The position numbers were made by a program, and so were the translations under genes. A model generated the notes under the pieces. That model was not told the origin of the DNA. It searched no databases and worked only from the letters and a program-made list of their open reading frames with translations. Shown here one piece after another: positions 1-11,013 of a DNA stretch of 64,000 bases (position 1 is the first letter of the stretch; each line of letters opens with the position of its first letter). Source of the stretch: Mobula hypostoma (Eukaryota); assembly GCF_963921235.1 (NCBI RefSeq), contig NC_086108.1:98706001-98770000 (forward strand), read 5' to 3'.

Positions 1-338
1 GTCCAAGTTGCATGCCATCTTGGACAATGTCTCCCGTCCACTACATAATGGACTGGTTGGGCACAGGAGTACATTCAGCCAGAGACTCATTCCACCGAGA
101 TGCAACACTGAGCGTCATAGGAAGTCATTCCTGCCTGTGGCCATCAAACTTTACAACTCCTCCCTTGGAGGGTCAGACACCCTGAGGCAATAGGCTAGTC
201 CTGGACTTATTTCCTGGCATAATTTAAATGTTACTATTTAATTATATATGGTTTTATTACTATCTAATTATTTATGGTGCAACTGTAACGAAAACCAATT
301 TCCCTTGGGATCAATAAAGTATGACTATGACTGACTAT
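1..338 (+). mobile_element. Rex1/Babar-type LINE, 3' fragment with (TATGAC)n tail
   Basis: ORF 8..193 (HAILDNVSRPLHN...RCNTERHRKSFLPVAIKLYN) is a typical Rex1/Babar C-terminus, followed by AATAAA and atgactatgactgactat. Near-identical copies lie at 26117, 47635 and 61993. Confidence 0.8.
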
Positions 339-473
339 ATAAATAGTTATATAATAAATAGAGATGATATAAATAGTTGTCTAACCCAACACACCCCCCT
401 CAACAGCTCACTGCACAATATTCACCCCACATCTCCCCTCCATTTTAAAATACAGTGAAATTGCTCCTTTGTA

Positions 474-988
474 CACTCAGTGGTCACTTTATGAGGTACA
501 CCTGTATACCTGCTCGTTAATGCAAATATCTGATCAGCCAATCATGTGGCAGCATCTCAATGCAGACATGGCCAAGGGGTTCAGTTGTTGTTCAGACCAA
601 ACATCAGTATGGGGAAGAAATATCGTCCAAGTGACTTTGACCGTGGAGTGATCATTGGTGCCAGATGGGGTGGTGTGAGTATCTCAGAAGCTGCTGGTCA
701 CCTGGGATTTTCACCCTCTGAGTTCTCAAAGAATGGTGCAAAAACAAAAAAAAATCCAGTGAGCGACAGTTCTGTGGGTGGAAATGCCTTGTCATTGAGA
801 GAGATCAGAGGAGACTAGTTAAAGCTGATAGGGATGTGATAGTAATTCAGATAATACAGCAGAGGTGTGCAGTGCTGAATGCACAATACATTGAATCTTG
901 AAGTGGATGGGCTAGAGCAACAGGAGACCATGAACATACACTCAGTAGCCACTTTATTAGATAAAGCTTATAAAATGGCCACTGAGTA
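474..988 (+). mobile_element. Non-autonomous Tc1/mariner derivative
   Basis: TA|cactcagtggtcacttt at the left end and aaaatggccactgagt..TA at the right end form terminal inverted repeats. ORF 546..818 retains an HTH-like remnant (SDFDRGVIIGAR..GVSISEAA..LGFS). Confidence 0.7.
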
Positions 989-1319
989 TATATGTCTACA
1001 TCAGGTGTGCTGGATATCTGTATAACAGCAAGCTAAAAGAGCTTTCTAACCCGTGCCAAAAGCAGTTGTGGAAAAATGCACTGTAACAAGAACCCCACTG
1101 AAACACTAGGCATTGTGAAGAATCAGAGCAAGTGTGTAGAGAGTGCTGGCCAATGTTGAATTTGCCAATGCACACTATCCTACTGTCCTACTAATCCATT
1201 TGGCTTGTGGTCCATTAAAAGTTGCAGCTCATAATTACTACACTTTCTGCCAAACTATTTGCATTATACTTGGAGATTTTTACAGCTTTACGAAGCTGGA
1301 TTTACAGTAAACATATCTG

Positions 1320-4300
1320 ACATAGAAACATAGAAACATAGAAACATAGAAAATAGGTGCAGGAGTAGGCCATTCGGCCCTTCGAGCCTGCACCGCCATT
1401 TATTATGATCATGGCTGATCATCCAACTCAGAACCCAGCCTTCCCTCCATACCCCCTGACCCCTGTAGCCACAAGGGCCATATCTAACTTCCTTTTAAAC
1501 ATAGCTAATGAACTGGCCTCAACAGTTTGCTGTGGCAGAGAATTCCACAGATTCACCACTCTCTGTGTGAAGAAGTTTTTCCTAACCTCGGTCCTAAAAG
1601 GCTTCCCCTCTATCCTCAAACTGTGACCCCTCGTTCTAGACCTCCCCAACATCGGGAACAATCTTCCTGCATCTAGCCTGTCCAATCCCTTTAGGATCTT
1701 ATACGTTTCAATCAGATCCCCCCTCAATCTTCTAAATTCCAACGAGTACAAGCCCAGTTCATCCAGTCTTTCTTCATATGAAAGACCTGCCATCCCAGGA
1801 ATCAATCTGGTGAACCTTCTTTGTACTCCCTCTATGGCAAAGATGTCTTTCCTCAGATTAGGGGACCAAAACTGCACACAATACTCCAGGTGTGGTCTCA
1901 CCAAGGCCTTGTACAACTGCAGTAGTACCTCCCTGCTCCTGTACTCGAATCCTCTCGCTATAAATGCCAGCATACCGTTCGCCTTTTTCACCGCCTGCTG
2001 TACCTGCATGCCCACTTTCAATGACTGGTGTATAATGACACCCAGGTCTCGTTGCACCTCCCCTTTTCCTAATCGGCCACCATTCAGATAATAATCTGTT
2101 TTCCTATTTTTGCCACCAAAGTGGATAACTTCACATTTATCCACATTAAATTGCATCTGCCATGAGTTTGCCCACTCACCCAACCTATCCAAGTCACCCT
2201 GCATCCTCTTAGCATCCTCCTCACTGCTAACACTGCCACCCAGCTTCGTGTCATCCGCAAACTTGGAGATGCTGCATTTAATTCCCTCATCCAAGTCATT
2301 AATATATATTGTAAACAACTGGGGTCCCAGCACTGAGCCTTGCGGTACCCCACTAGTCACCGCCTGCCATTCTGAAAAGGTCCCGTTTATTCCCACTCTT
2401 TGCTTCCTGTCTGCTAACCAATTCTCCACCCACACCAATACCTTACCCCCAATACCGTGTGCTTTAAGTTTGCACACTAATCTCCTATGTGGGACCTTGT
2501 CAAAAGCCTTTTGAAAATCCAAATATACCACATCCACTGGTTCTCCCCTATCCACTCTACTAGTTACATCCTCAAAAAATTCTATGAGATTCGTCAGACA
2601 TGATTTTCCTTTCACAAATCCATGCTGACTTTGTCCGATCATTTCACCGCTTTCCAAATGTGCTGTTATCACATCCTTGATAACTGACTCCAGCAGTTTC
2701 CCCACCACCGACGTTAGGCTAACCGGCCTATAATTCCCCGGTTTCTCTCTCCCTCCTTTTTTAAAAAGTGGGGTTACATTAGCCACCCTCCAATCCTCAG
2801 GAACTAGTCCAGAATCTAACGAGTTTTGAAAAATTATCACTAATGCATCCACTATTTCTTGGGCCACTTCCTTAAGCACTCTGGGATGCAGACCATCTGG
2901 CCCTGGGGATTTATCTGCCTTCAATCCCTTCAATTTACCTAACACCACTTCCCTACTAACATGTATTTCGCTCAGTTCCTCCATCTCACTGGACCCTCTG
3001 TCCCTTACTATTTCTGGAAGATTATTTATGTCCTCCTTAGTGAAGACAGAACCAAAGTAATTATTCAATTGGTCTGCCATGTCCTTGCTCCCCATAATCA
3101 ATTCACCTGTTTCTGTTTGCAGGGGACCTACATTTGTCTTTATCAGTCTTTTCCTTTTTACATATCTATAAAAGCTTTTACAGTCCGTTTTTATGTTCTC
3201 TGCCAGTTTTCTCTCATAATCTTTTTTCCCCTTCCTAATTAAGCCCTTTGTCCTCCTCTGCTGAACTCTGAATTTCTCCCAGTCCTCAGGTGAGCCACTT
3301 TCTCTGGCTAATTTGTATGCTACTTCTTTGGAATTGATACTATCCCTAATTTCTCTTGTCAGCCACGGGTGCACTACCTTCCTTGATTTATTCTTTTGCC
3401 AAACTGGGATGAACAATTGTTGTAGTTCATCCATGCAACCTTTAAATGCCTGCCATTGCATATCCACCGTCAATCCTTGAAGTGTCATTTGCCAGTCTAT
3501 CTTAGCTAATTCATGTCTCATACCTTCAAAGTTACCCCTCTTTAAGTTCAGAACCTTTGTTTCTGAATTAACTACGTCACTCTCCATGTTAATGAAGAAT
3601 TCCACCATATTATGGTCACTCTTACCCAAGGGGCCTCTCACGACAAGATCGCTAATTAACCCTTCCTCATTGCTCAAAACCCAGTCCAGAATAGCCTGCT
3701 CTCTAGTCGGTTCCTCGACATGTTGGTTCAAAAAACCATCCCGCATACATTCCAAGAAATCCTCTTCCTCAGCACCTTTACCAATTTGGTTCACCCAGTC
3801 TACATGTAGATTGAAGTCACCCATTATAACTGCTGTTCCTTTATTGCACACATTTCTAATTTCCTGTTTAATACCATCTCCGACCTCACTACTACTGTTA
3901 GGTGGCCTGTACGCAACTCCCACCAGCGTCTTCTGCCCCTTAGTGTTACGCAGCTCTACCCATATCGATTCCACATCTTCCCGGCTTATGTCCTTCCTTT
4001 CTATTGCGTTAATCTCTTTTTTAACCAGCAACGCCACCCCACCTCCCCTTCCTTCGTGTCTATCCCTCCTGAATATTGAATATCCCTGAACGTTGAGCTC
4101 CCATCCCTGGTCACCCTGGAGCCATGTCTCTGTGATCCCAACTATATCATAATCATTAATAACAATCTGCACTTTCAATTCATCCACCTTATTACGAATG
4201 CTCCTTGCATTGACACATAAAGCCTTCAGGCACTCTTTTACAACTCTCTTAGCCCTTTTTAATGCTTGCCCTGGATTTGTCGGCCTGCCACTTTTACTTT

Positions 4301-4464
4301 TCCCCTTTGTACTTTTTGCTTCTACGCTCACTTTACACCCCTCTGTCTCTCTGCACTGGTTCCCATCCCTCTGTTGTGAACTAACCTCCTCACACCTAGC
4401 CGCTTTAATTTGATTCCCACCCCCCAACCATTCTAGTTTAAAGTCACCTCAGTAGCCCCCGCTA
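1320..4464 (-). mobile_element. Young CR1 LINE (subfamily A), 5'-truncated within the end of ORF1
   Basis: (TTTCTATG)n 3' tail at ~1320-1352, a 3' UTR hairpin, a complete ORF2, and the last codons of ORF1 (ATEVTLN*). The ORF1 end matches the copy at 22362. Confidence 0.95.
1428..4427 (-). CDS. CR1 ORF2: APE endonuclease + reverse transcriptase, uninterrupted 999 codons, no AUG start
   Basis: APE motifs (NARSI, GITETW, GDFN, SDHN) and RT motifs (KSPGPDG, YRPVSLTS, LDFQKAFDKV, GVPQGSVLGP, FADD) are present. The annotated start is TTG; the first in-frame ATG is codon ~202. Confidence 0.93.
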   Translation of the reverse strand: MGGGNQIKAARCEEVSSQQRDGNQCRETEGCKVSVEAKSTKGKSKSGRPTNPGQALKRAKRVVKECLKALCVNARSIRNKVDELKVQIVINDYDIVGITETWLQGDQGWELNVQGYSIFRRDRHEGRGGGVALLVKKEINAIERKDISREDVESIWVELRNTKGQKTLVGVAYRPPNSSSEVGDGIKQEIRNVCNKGTAVIMGDFNLHVDWVNQIGKGAEEEDFLECMRDGFLNQHVEEPTREQAILDWVLSNEEGLISDLVVRGPLGKSDHNMVEFFINMESDVVNSETKVLNLKRGNFEGMRHELAKIDWQMTLQGLTVDMQWQAFKGCMDELQQLFIPVWQKNKSRKVVHPWLTREIRDSINSKEVAYKLARESGSPEDWEKFRVQQRRTKGLIRKGKKDYERKLAENIKTDCKSFYRYVKRKRLIKTNVGPLQTETGELIMGSKDMADQLNNYFGSVFTKEDINNLPEIVRDRGSSEMEELSEIHVSREVVLGKLKGLKADKSPGPDGLHPRVLKEVAQEIVDALVIIFQNSLDSGLVPEDWRVANVTPLFKKGGREKPGNYRPVSLTSVVGKLLESVIKDVITAHLESGEMIGQSQHGFVKGKSCLTNLIEFFEDVTSRVDRGEPVDVVYLDFQKAFDKVPHRRLVCKLKAHGIGGKVLVWVENWLADRKQRVGINGTFSEWQAVTSGVPQGSVLGPQLFTIYINDLDEGIKCSISKFADDTKLGGSVSSEEDAKRMQGDLDRLGEWANSWQMQFNVDKCEVIHFGGKNRKTDYYLNGGRLGKGEVQRDLGVIIHQSLKVGMQVQQAVKKANGMLAFIARGFEYRSREVLLQLYKALVRPHLEYCVQFWSPNLRKDIFAIEGVQRRFTRLIPGMAGLSYEERLDELGLYSLEFRRLRGDLIETYKILKGLDRLDAGRLFPMLGRSRTRGHSLRIEGKPFRTEVRKNFFTQRVVNLWNSLPQQTVEASSLAMFKRKLDMALVATGVRGYGGKAGF

Positions 4465-5024
4465 TATTCTCAATGCAGATTTTATCGCTTTTTCTGTGTA
4501 ATCTCAGAAGGTCACATATAATAGGTGGCACTACGCATAGAATATGGAGGAATGGACATACCGAGTAGCTAATCTAAAATATTTGACTCCCTGAAGGGAG
4601 ATGATTCTCTAAGGCCAAATATCTCCTCAGGCTCACAGCTGGATTTCTCCTTTGTGCATTTTCTGTTATCTCTTTGCTCTCTCATCCCTGACTGCACCAA
4701 ACACACTGAAATATCTTCAACTTTAGTTTCAGGGCCGACCCCCTTACGGTTTCCTGTGATCCCAAACAGAAGAGCTGACAGTCCGCACCACTCCCTTCTG
4801 CTGGGTAAACAGAAACGTGGGTCTGTAGTCAGGCAGTTAGTTGCGGAACTGAGTGTGACCGACAACTATGAACGGGTGGCAATGCCGTTGCTGTCGACTG
4901 GTGGGATCGGTCAGTGATTCTCCAGCCGCTACATCTAGCGAGTCAGGCCTCTATGGAGCATGGTTTGATATGGGTAGCGAAGCCGTTAGCAAATGAGCCA
5001 AACAACTTTCGTAGACTTTCGTAG

Positions 5025-5580
5025 AACATAGAACAGCATATACAGGCCTTTCTACCCACAATGTTGTGCTGACCGTTCAAACTGCTCGAACATCAATCTA
5101 ACCCTCCCACCTACATAGCCCTCCAATTTTCTACCATCCATGTTTCTTAAATGCCCATAATGTATCTGCCTCAACCACCATCCCGAGCAGAACGTTCCAT
5201 GCATTCACCACTCTCCGTGTAAAGAACTTGTTTCTGACATTCCCTCTATTCTTTCCTTAAAATGACGCCCCCAGTATTCGCCATTTCCACCCTAGCAAGC
5301 ATCATTGTCTGTCCACTCTTTCTATGCCTCTTTCCATTTTATACACCTGTATCAATTCACCTTTCATCTTCCTTCACTCCAAAGAGGAAAGCCCTAGCTC
5401 TCTCGATTTGTCCTCTTAAGATAGGCTTGCTAATCCAAGCAGCATCCTAGTACATCTCCTCAGCACCTCCCTAAAGTTTCTACATCCTTTCTATAATGAG
5501 GCAACCAGAATTGAGCACAATATTCCATGTGTGGTTTAACCAGGGTTTTATAGAGCTGCAACATTACCTCGCGGCTCAAA
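5025..5580 (-). mobile_element. Decayed CR1 3' fragment
   Basis: A (catagaa)-type tail and degenerate similarity to CR1 ORF2 C-terminal sequence (accactctccgtgtaaagaac, gcacaatattcca). Confidence 0.6.
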
Positions 5581-5588
5581 CTCAGTTA

Positions 5589-8480
5589 GAACCATAGAAA
5601 AACTACAGCACAGAAACAGGCCTTTTGGCCCTTCTTGGCTGTGCCGAACCATTTTCTGCCTACTCCCACTGACCTGCACACGGACCATATCCCTCCATAC
5701 ACCTCCCATCCATGTACCTGTCCAATTTATTCTTAAATGTTAAAAAAGAACCCACATTTACCACCTCGTCTGGCAGCTCATTCCATACTCCCACCACTCT
5801 CTGTGTGAAGAAGCCCCCACTAATGTTCCCTTTAAACTTTTCCCCCCTCACCCTTAACCCATGTCCTCTGTTTTTTTTTCTCCCCTTGCCTCAGTGAAAA
5901 AAGCCTGCTTGCATTCACTCTATCTATACGCATCATAATTTTATATACCTCTATCAAATCTCCCCTCATTCTTCTACGCTCCAGGGAATAAAGTCCTAAG
6001 CTATTCAACCTTTCTCTGTAACTGAGTTTCTCAAGTCCCGGCAACATCCTTGTAAACCTTCTCTGCACTCTTTCAACCTTATTTATATCCTTCCTGTAAT
6101 TTGGTGACCAAAACTGAACACAATACTCCAGATTCGGCCTCACCAATGCCTTATACAACCTCATCATAACATTCCAGCTCTTATACTCAATACTTTGATT
6201 AATAAAGGCCAATGTACCAAAAGCTCTCTTTACGACCCTATCTACCTGTGACGCCACTTTTGGGGAATTTTCTATCTATATTCCAGATCCCTCCGTTCTA
6301 CTGCACTCCTCAGTGCCTTACCATTAACCCTGTATGTTCTACCTTGGTTTGTCCTTCCAACGTGCAATACCTCGCACTTGTTTGTATTAAACTCCATCTG
6401 CCATTTTTCAGCCCATTTTTCCAGCTGGTCCAAGTCCCTCTGCAGGCTCTGAAAACCTTCCTCACTGTCTACTACACCTCCAATCCTTGTATCATCAGCA
6501 AATTTGCTGATCCAATTTACCACATTATTATCCAGATCATTGATATAGATGACAAATAACAATGGACCCAGCACTGATCCTTGTGGCACACCACTAGTCA
6601 CAGGCCTCCACTCGGAGAAGCAATTCTCTACTACCACTCTTTGGCTTCTTTCACTAAGCTCTCCATGTATATCTAGCGACTGAATTTTCCTAACTAACCT
6701 CCCATGCGGGACCTTGTCAAAGGCCTTACTGAAGTCCATGTAGACAATATCCACTGCCTTCCCTTCATCCACTTTCCTGGTAACCTCGTCGAAAAACTCC
6801 AACAGATTGGTCAAACATGACCTACCACGCACAAAGCCATGTTGACTCTCCCTAATAAGTCCTTGTCTATCCAAATGCTTGTAGATTCTGTCTCTTAGTA
6901 CTCCCTCCAATAACTTACCTACTACCGACGTTAAACTTACTGGCCTATAATTTCCCGGATTACTTTTCGATCCTTTTTTAAACAACGGAACAACATGAGC
7001 CACTCGCCAATCCTCCGGCACCTCACCTGTAGACAGCGACATTTTAAATATTTCTGCCAGGGCCCCTGCAATTTCAACACTAGTCTCCTTCAAGGTCCGA
7101 GGGAACACCCTGTCAGGTTCCGGGGATTTATCCATTTTAATTTTACTCAAGACAGCAAGCACCTCCTCCTTTTCAATCTGTACAGTTTCCATGATCTCAC
7201 TATTTGTTTCCCTTAATTCCATAGACTTCATGCCAGTTTCCTTAGTAAATACAGACGCAGAAAACCTATTTAAGATCTCCCCCATTTCCTTTGGTTCCGC
7301 ACATAGCCGACCACTCTGATCTTCAAGAGGACCAATTTTATCCCTTACAATCCTTTTGCTCTTAATATACCTGTAAAAACTCTTTGGATTATCCTTCACT
7401 TTGACTGCCAAGGCAACCTCATGTCTTCTTTTAGCCCTCCTGATTTCTTTCTTAAGTATTTTCTTGCACTTCTTATACTCCTCAAGCACCTTATTTACTC
7501 CCTGTTTCATATACATGTCATACAACTCTCTCTTCTTTATCAGAGTTGCAATATCCCTTGAGAACCAAAGTTCCTTATTCCTATTTACTTTGCCTTTAAT
7601 CCTGACAGGAACATACAAACTCTGCACTCTCAAAATTTCTCCTTTGAAGGCTTCCCACCTACCAATCACACCTTTACCAGAGAACAACCTGTCCCAATCC
7701 ACGCTTTTTAGATCCTTTCTCATTTCTTCAAATTTGGCCTTCTTCCAGTTCAGAACCTCAACCCTAGGACCAGATCTATCCTTGCATGATCAAGTTGAAA
7801 CTAATGGTGTTATGATCACTGGAACCAAAGTGCTCCCCTACACAGACTTCCGTCACTTGTCCTAACTCGTTTCCTAACAGGAAGTCCAATATTGCATCCC
7901 CTCTAGTTGGTCCCTCTATATATTGATTTAGAAAACTTTCCTGAACAAATTTTACAAACTCTAAACCATCTAGACCCCTCACAGTATGGGAGTCCCAATC
8001 AATATATAGAAAATTAAAATCCCCTAACACCACAACTTTATGTTTCCTGCTGTTGCCTGCTATCTGTCTGCAGATTTGCTCTTCCAATTCTCGTTGACTA
8101 TTGGGTGGTCTGTAATACAATCCCACTAATGTGGCCATACCTTTCCTGTTTCTCAGCTCCACCCATAAGGACTCAGTAGACAAGCCCTCTAATCTGTCCT
8201 GCCTGAGCACTGCTGTAATATTTTCCCTAACAAGCAATGCTACTTCTCCACCTTTCATTCCTTTGCCTCGATCACATCTGAAACATCGGAACCCTGGAAT
8301 ATTAAGCTGCCAGTCCTGCCCCTCCTGTAGCCAAGTTTCACTAATTGCTATAACATCACAATTCCACGTGTCAATCCACGCCCTCAACTTATCTGCCTTC
8401 CCCGCAATACTCCTAGCATTGAAATATATACACCTCAGAAGATTTTTACCACCACTCACAACCTTTCTATTAGCGGATTA
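5589..8480 (-). pseudogene. CR1 LINE (subfamily B), ORF2 broken by frameshifts and an internal deletion
   Basis: ORFs 7776..8459 (APE), 6272..7723 (RT), 5832..6257 and 5660..5851 are consecutive pieces. A short deletion is seen at HGE/LSERSQ relative to the 32449 copy. Confidence 0.92.
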
Positions 8481-8749
8481 TACTAGCCTGCATTTCTCCG
8501 AGTAATGAAGACTAGCACACCATACACCTTCTTAGCCACATGTTGTGCCAATCTGTCTAGTGCTTCCCCCCCCCCCACAGAGCCCTCCAATTTAAGAGTC
8601 TCCTAAATGTTTCTAATGTATCTGCTTCTATCACCAGCCTTGGTAGCGTGTTCCATGCACCCACCACTCTCTGTGTTCAAAGGAACCTACCATGATATCT
8701 CCCCACCAATACTTTCCTCCGGTCATAGTTTGAAGGCATTCACAAAGTA

Positions 8750-8815
8750 CAGTACAGTAAAATCTGAGATACATATATATTGCTAGGGTATCTGAGACTT
8801 TTGCACAGTACTGTA
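8750..8815. mobile_element. Tiny TA-flanked TcMar-type MITE remnant
   Basis: tacagtacagtaaaatctgagatac ... gtatctgagacttttgcacagtactgta form imperfect inverted ends. Confidence 0.45.
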
Positions 8816-9109
8816 TTTGTAAACGTGGAGCAGAGAGCAAGTTTATAAACCTGGCAGAACAAAGGATGTTGAGATTGGTGAGGGTGGAGCGCCATAGAAG
8901 GTATGTGTTTGGGTGAAACCAGGATTCAAAGTCAAAGTGATCTGATACATTAACATTGTTTCTCCTTCCACATATGCTCCCTAACCTACTGAGTTTTCTG
9001 TTTCTTTTTATTTTGCGGTCTTAGTTTTCTAATTGTTTCAGGGGTTGGGTTGTGATAAATCATATCACTATGTGGTACCATACTCCAAGTTCTGAATTTT
9101 GTAATTGGA

Positions 9110-9630
9110 AAGACTTACCTACAGGAAAGAGATCAATAAGATTGAAAGAGTACAGAGAACTTTTACGAGGATGCTGACAGGACTTGAGGACCTGAGTTAT
9201 AGGGAAAGGTTTAATAGGTTAGAACTTTACTCCCTGGAGTGTAAGAGAATGAAAGATTTGACAGTGGTACAAGTATACAAAATTATATTGGGTATATAGA
9301 TAGAGTTAATGCAAGCAAGCTTTTTCCACTGAGGTTGTGTGGGACTAGAACTAGAAGTTACAGGTTAAGGGTAAGAGGTGAAATATTTAAGGGAACCTGA
9401 GGGGGAACTTCTTCATTCAGAGGGTGATGTGAGTGTGGAATGAGTTGCCAGTGGAAATGGTAGATTCAGGTTCAGTTTCAACATTTAAGGGATATTTGCA
9501 TGAGTACATCGATGGGAGGGGTATGAGGGCTAGGTCCAGGGTGTGGATTGATGGGGCAAGGCAGAACAGCATTTCAGCCAAGACTAGATGAGCCATAGGG
9601 CCTGTTTCTGTGCTGTCGTGCTTTATGACT
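9110..9630 (+). mobile_element. Decayed CR1 3' fragment
   Basis: ORF 9105..9299 (YRKEINKIERVQRTFTRMLTGLEDLSYRER) followed by a CR1-like 3' UTR. Confidence 0.8.
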
Positions 9631-10183
9631 GTGACTAAAAAGCAGGAAAGAAGCAAGGAAGGTCAGCAGTACAGAGAAAATGTTCTAAAACTGAAATGTG
9701 TATGGGTGGCAGGGTTGAGCTATGTCTCTACTAAAAGAGGTGTAAGCCACTTCTTGCCTCCACTAGCCTGCAGATCACCTTTGGGTAAGGTGTAACACCT
9801 GCTTAGCCCCCTCCCCAAAATCAGGATCAGGTGAAGCGGCGGGAAGAGGTGGTGGGTGGCCATACGAGCAGCTGGTGCATATCGCAAGTCCTGGTTATGT
9901 GACCACTGACACCAGGCAGACAATCTCTGAAGAGTATTGATAATGGCCCGGGTCACCCGTCTTGTAAAGACACTGTCCAGAAGAAGGGAATGGCAAACAA
10001 CTTTTGTGCTTTGATTAGGCCAAGATAAGACCATGATTGCTCACGTCAATATGACACAGCACATAATGATGATGATGTGTACAGAGTAAGCTCAGGTGTC
10101 TCCAAAATGGCATTGTACCTGAAAGTAAATCTTCACTTACATTCATTTTTCTGTTTGGTTGAGAACTTTTCTTTTTCTTTCAG

Positions 10184-10270
10184 AAACTGGCAACTATCCC
10201 TGTGACCTCATTTGTCAGTGACCAAAGCAAGAGTCTTTATGAGAAATATATTCGCTTCTGCTTTATCAAG
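10184..10270 (+). CDS. KYAT3: Kynurenine aminotransferase (KYAT3/CCBL2-like), penultimate coding exon
   Basis: Acceptor tttttctttcag, 87 nt encoding KLATIPVTSFVSDQSKSLYEKYIRFCFIK, donor gtcagt. This matches the KAT I/III C-terminal 'RFCFIK' motif as I recall it. KYAT3 is preferred over KYAT1 because of the adjacent GTF2B. Confidence 0.88.
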
Positions 10271-10395
10271 GTCAGTCTATTGGTTTAACCGCGCTCTGCA
10301 TCTGGTAATTCAAGAAGAACAAAGTACAAATGTATATTTGTGCAAACCTACTTAGTACATTGTGTAAAGTGTTTTTTTTTATTTTTTTCAAACAG

Positions 10396-10446
10396 CAAGA
10401 TAGTACTTTGGATTCAGCAGAGGCCATTCTGAAGAACTGGAAATGA
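10396..10446 (+). CDS. KYAT3: KYAT3-like terminal coding exon
   Basis: T-rich acceptor ...tcaaacag, then QDSTLDSAEAILKNWK*, in phase 0 with the preceding exon. It resembles human KYAT3 KDSTLDAAEEIIKAW (from memory). Confidence 0.88.
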   Translation, partial: QDSTLDSAEAILKNWK

Positions 10447-10523
10447 AAGCCATGCCTTCACTGAATTCTGGTCATTGTCGTGAAAGAATGCATCAAACCG
10501 TAGTGGCCTCAAATTTCTTCTCA

Positions 10524-10529
10524 AATAAA
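10524..10529 (+). terminator. Candidate polyadenylation signal of KYAT3
   Basis: AATAAA 78 nt after the stop codon, followed by a T-rich tract. A second AATAAA lies at ~10677. Confidence 0.45.
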
Positions 10530-11013
10530 CAAATAACCTTTACTACTTTATTTTGTTAAAGCCCAGATGATTTGGTCAAATAATGGAAAGAACTGGCGGT
10601 CTGTTAAACACTGTTTTAAAATGAAACTTCATCTTTTCGATTGGTGTTCTTTCTCACTGCTGTGGCACATGTAAAGAATAAAATGCGTACAGTACCCACC
10701 CGGCAAGCATCATGGGTTGTGCCACTGTCTCTGCTCACAGCCTCCTCTGCAGGCTGGATTGCATGGCACAGGGAGGAAACGGGAAAAATCTTCCCTGAGG
10801 CATTTGCTTCTACTGCATGGACTTGAAAAGGAAGGAAGCAATTGAACTGAAGGTGAAGTGGATCAGTACCCGTGTCTTGATTTTTAGTGAGACGCTGCAC
10901 CTACTGATAGCCAATGAACTTTTTGTTGTTATCCAAACAAAGGCGGAACTATATTCACCTGTAATCACTGGCCGTTTGATCAGCTACTGCAGATAGAGGT
11001 AATGTTACACCCA

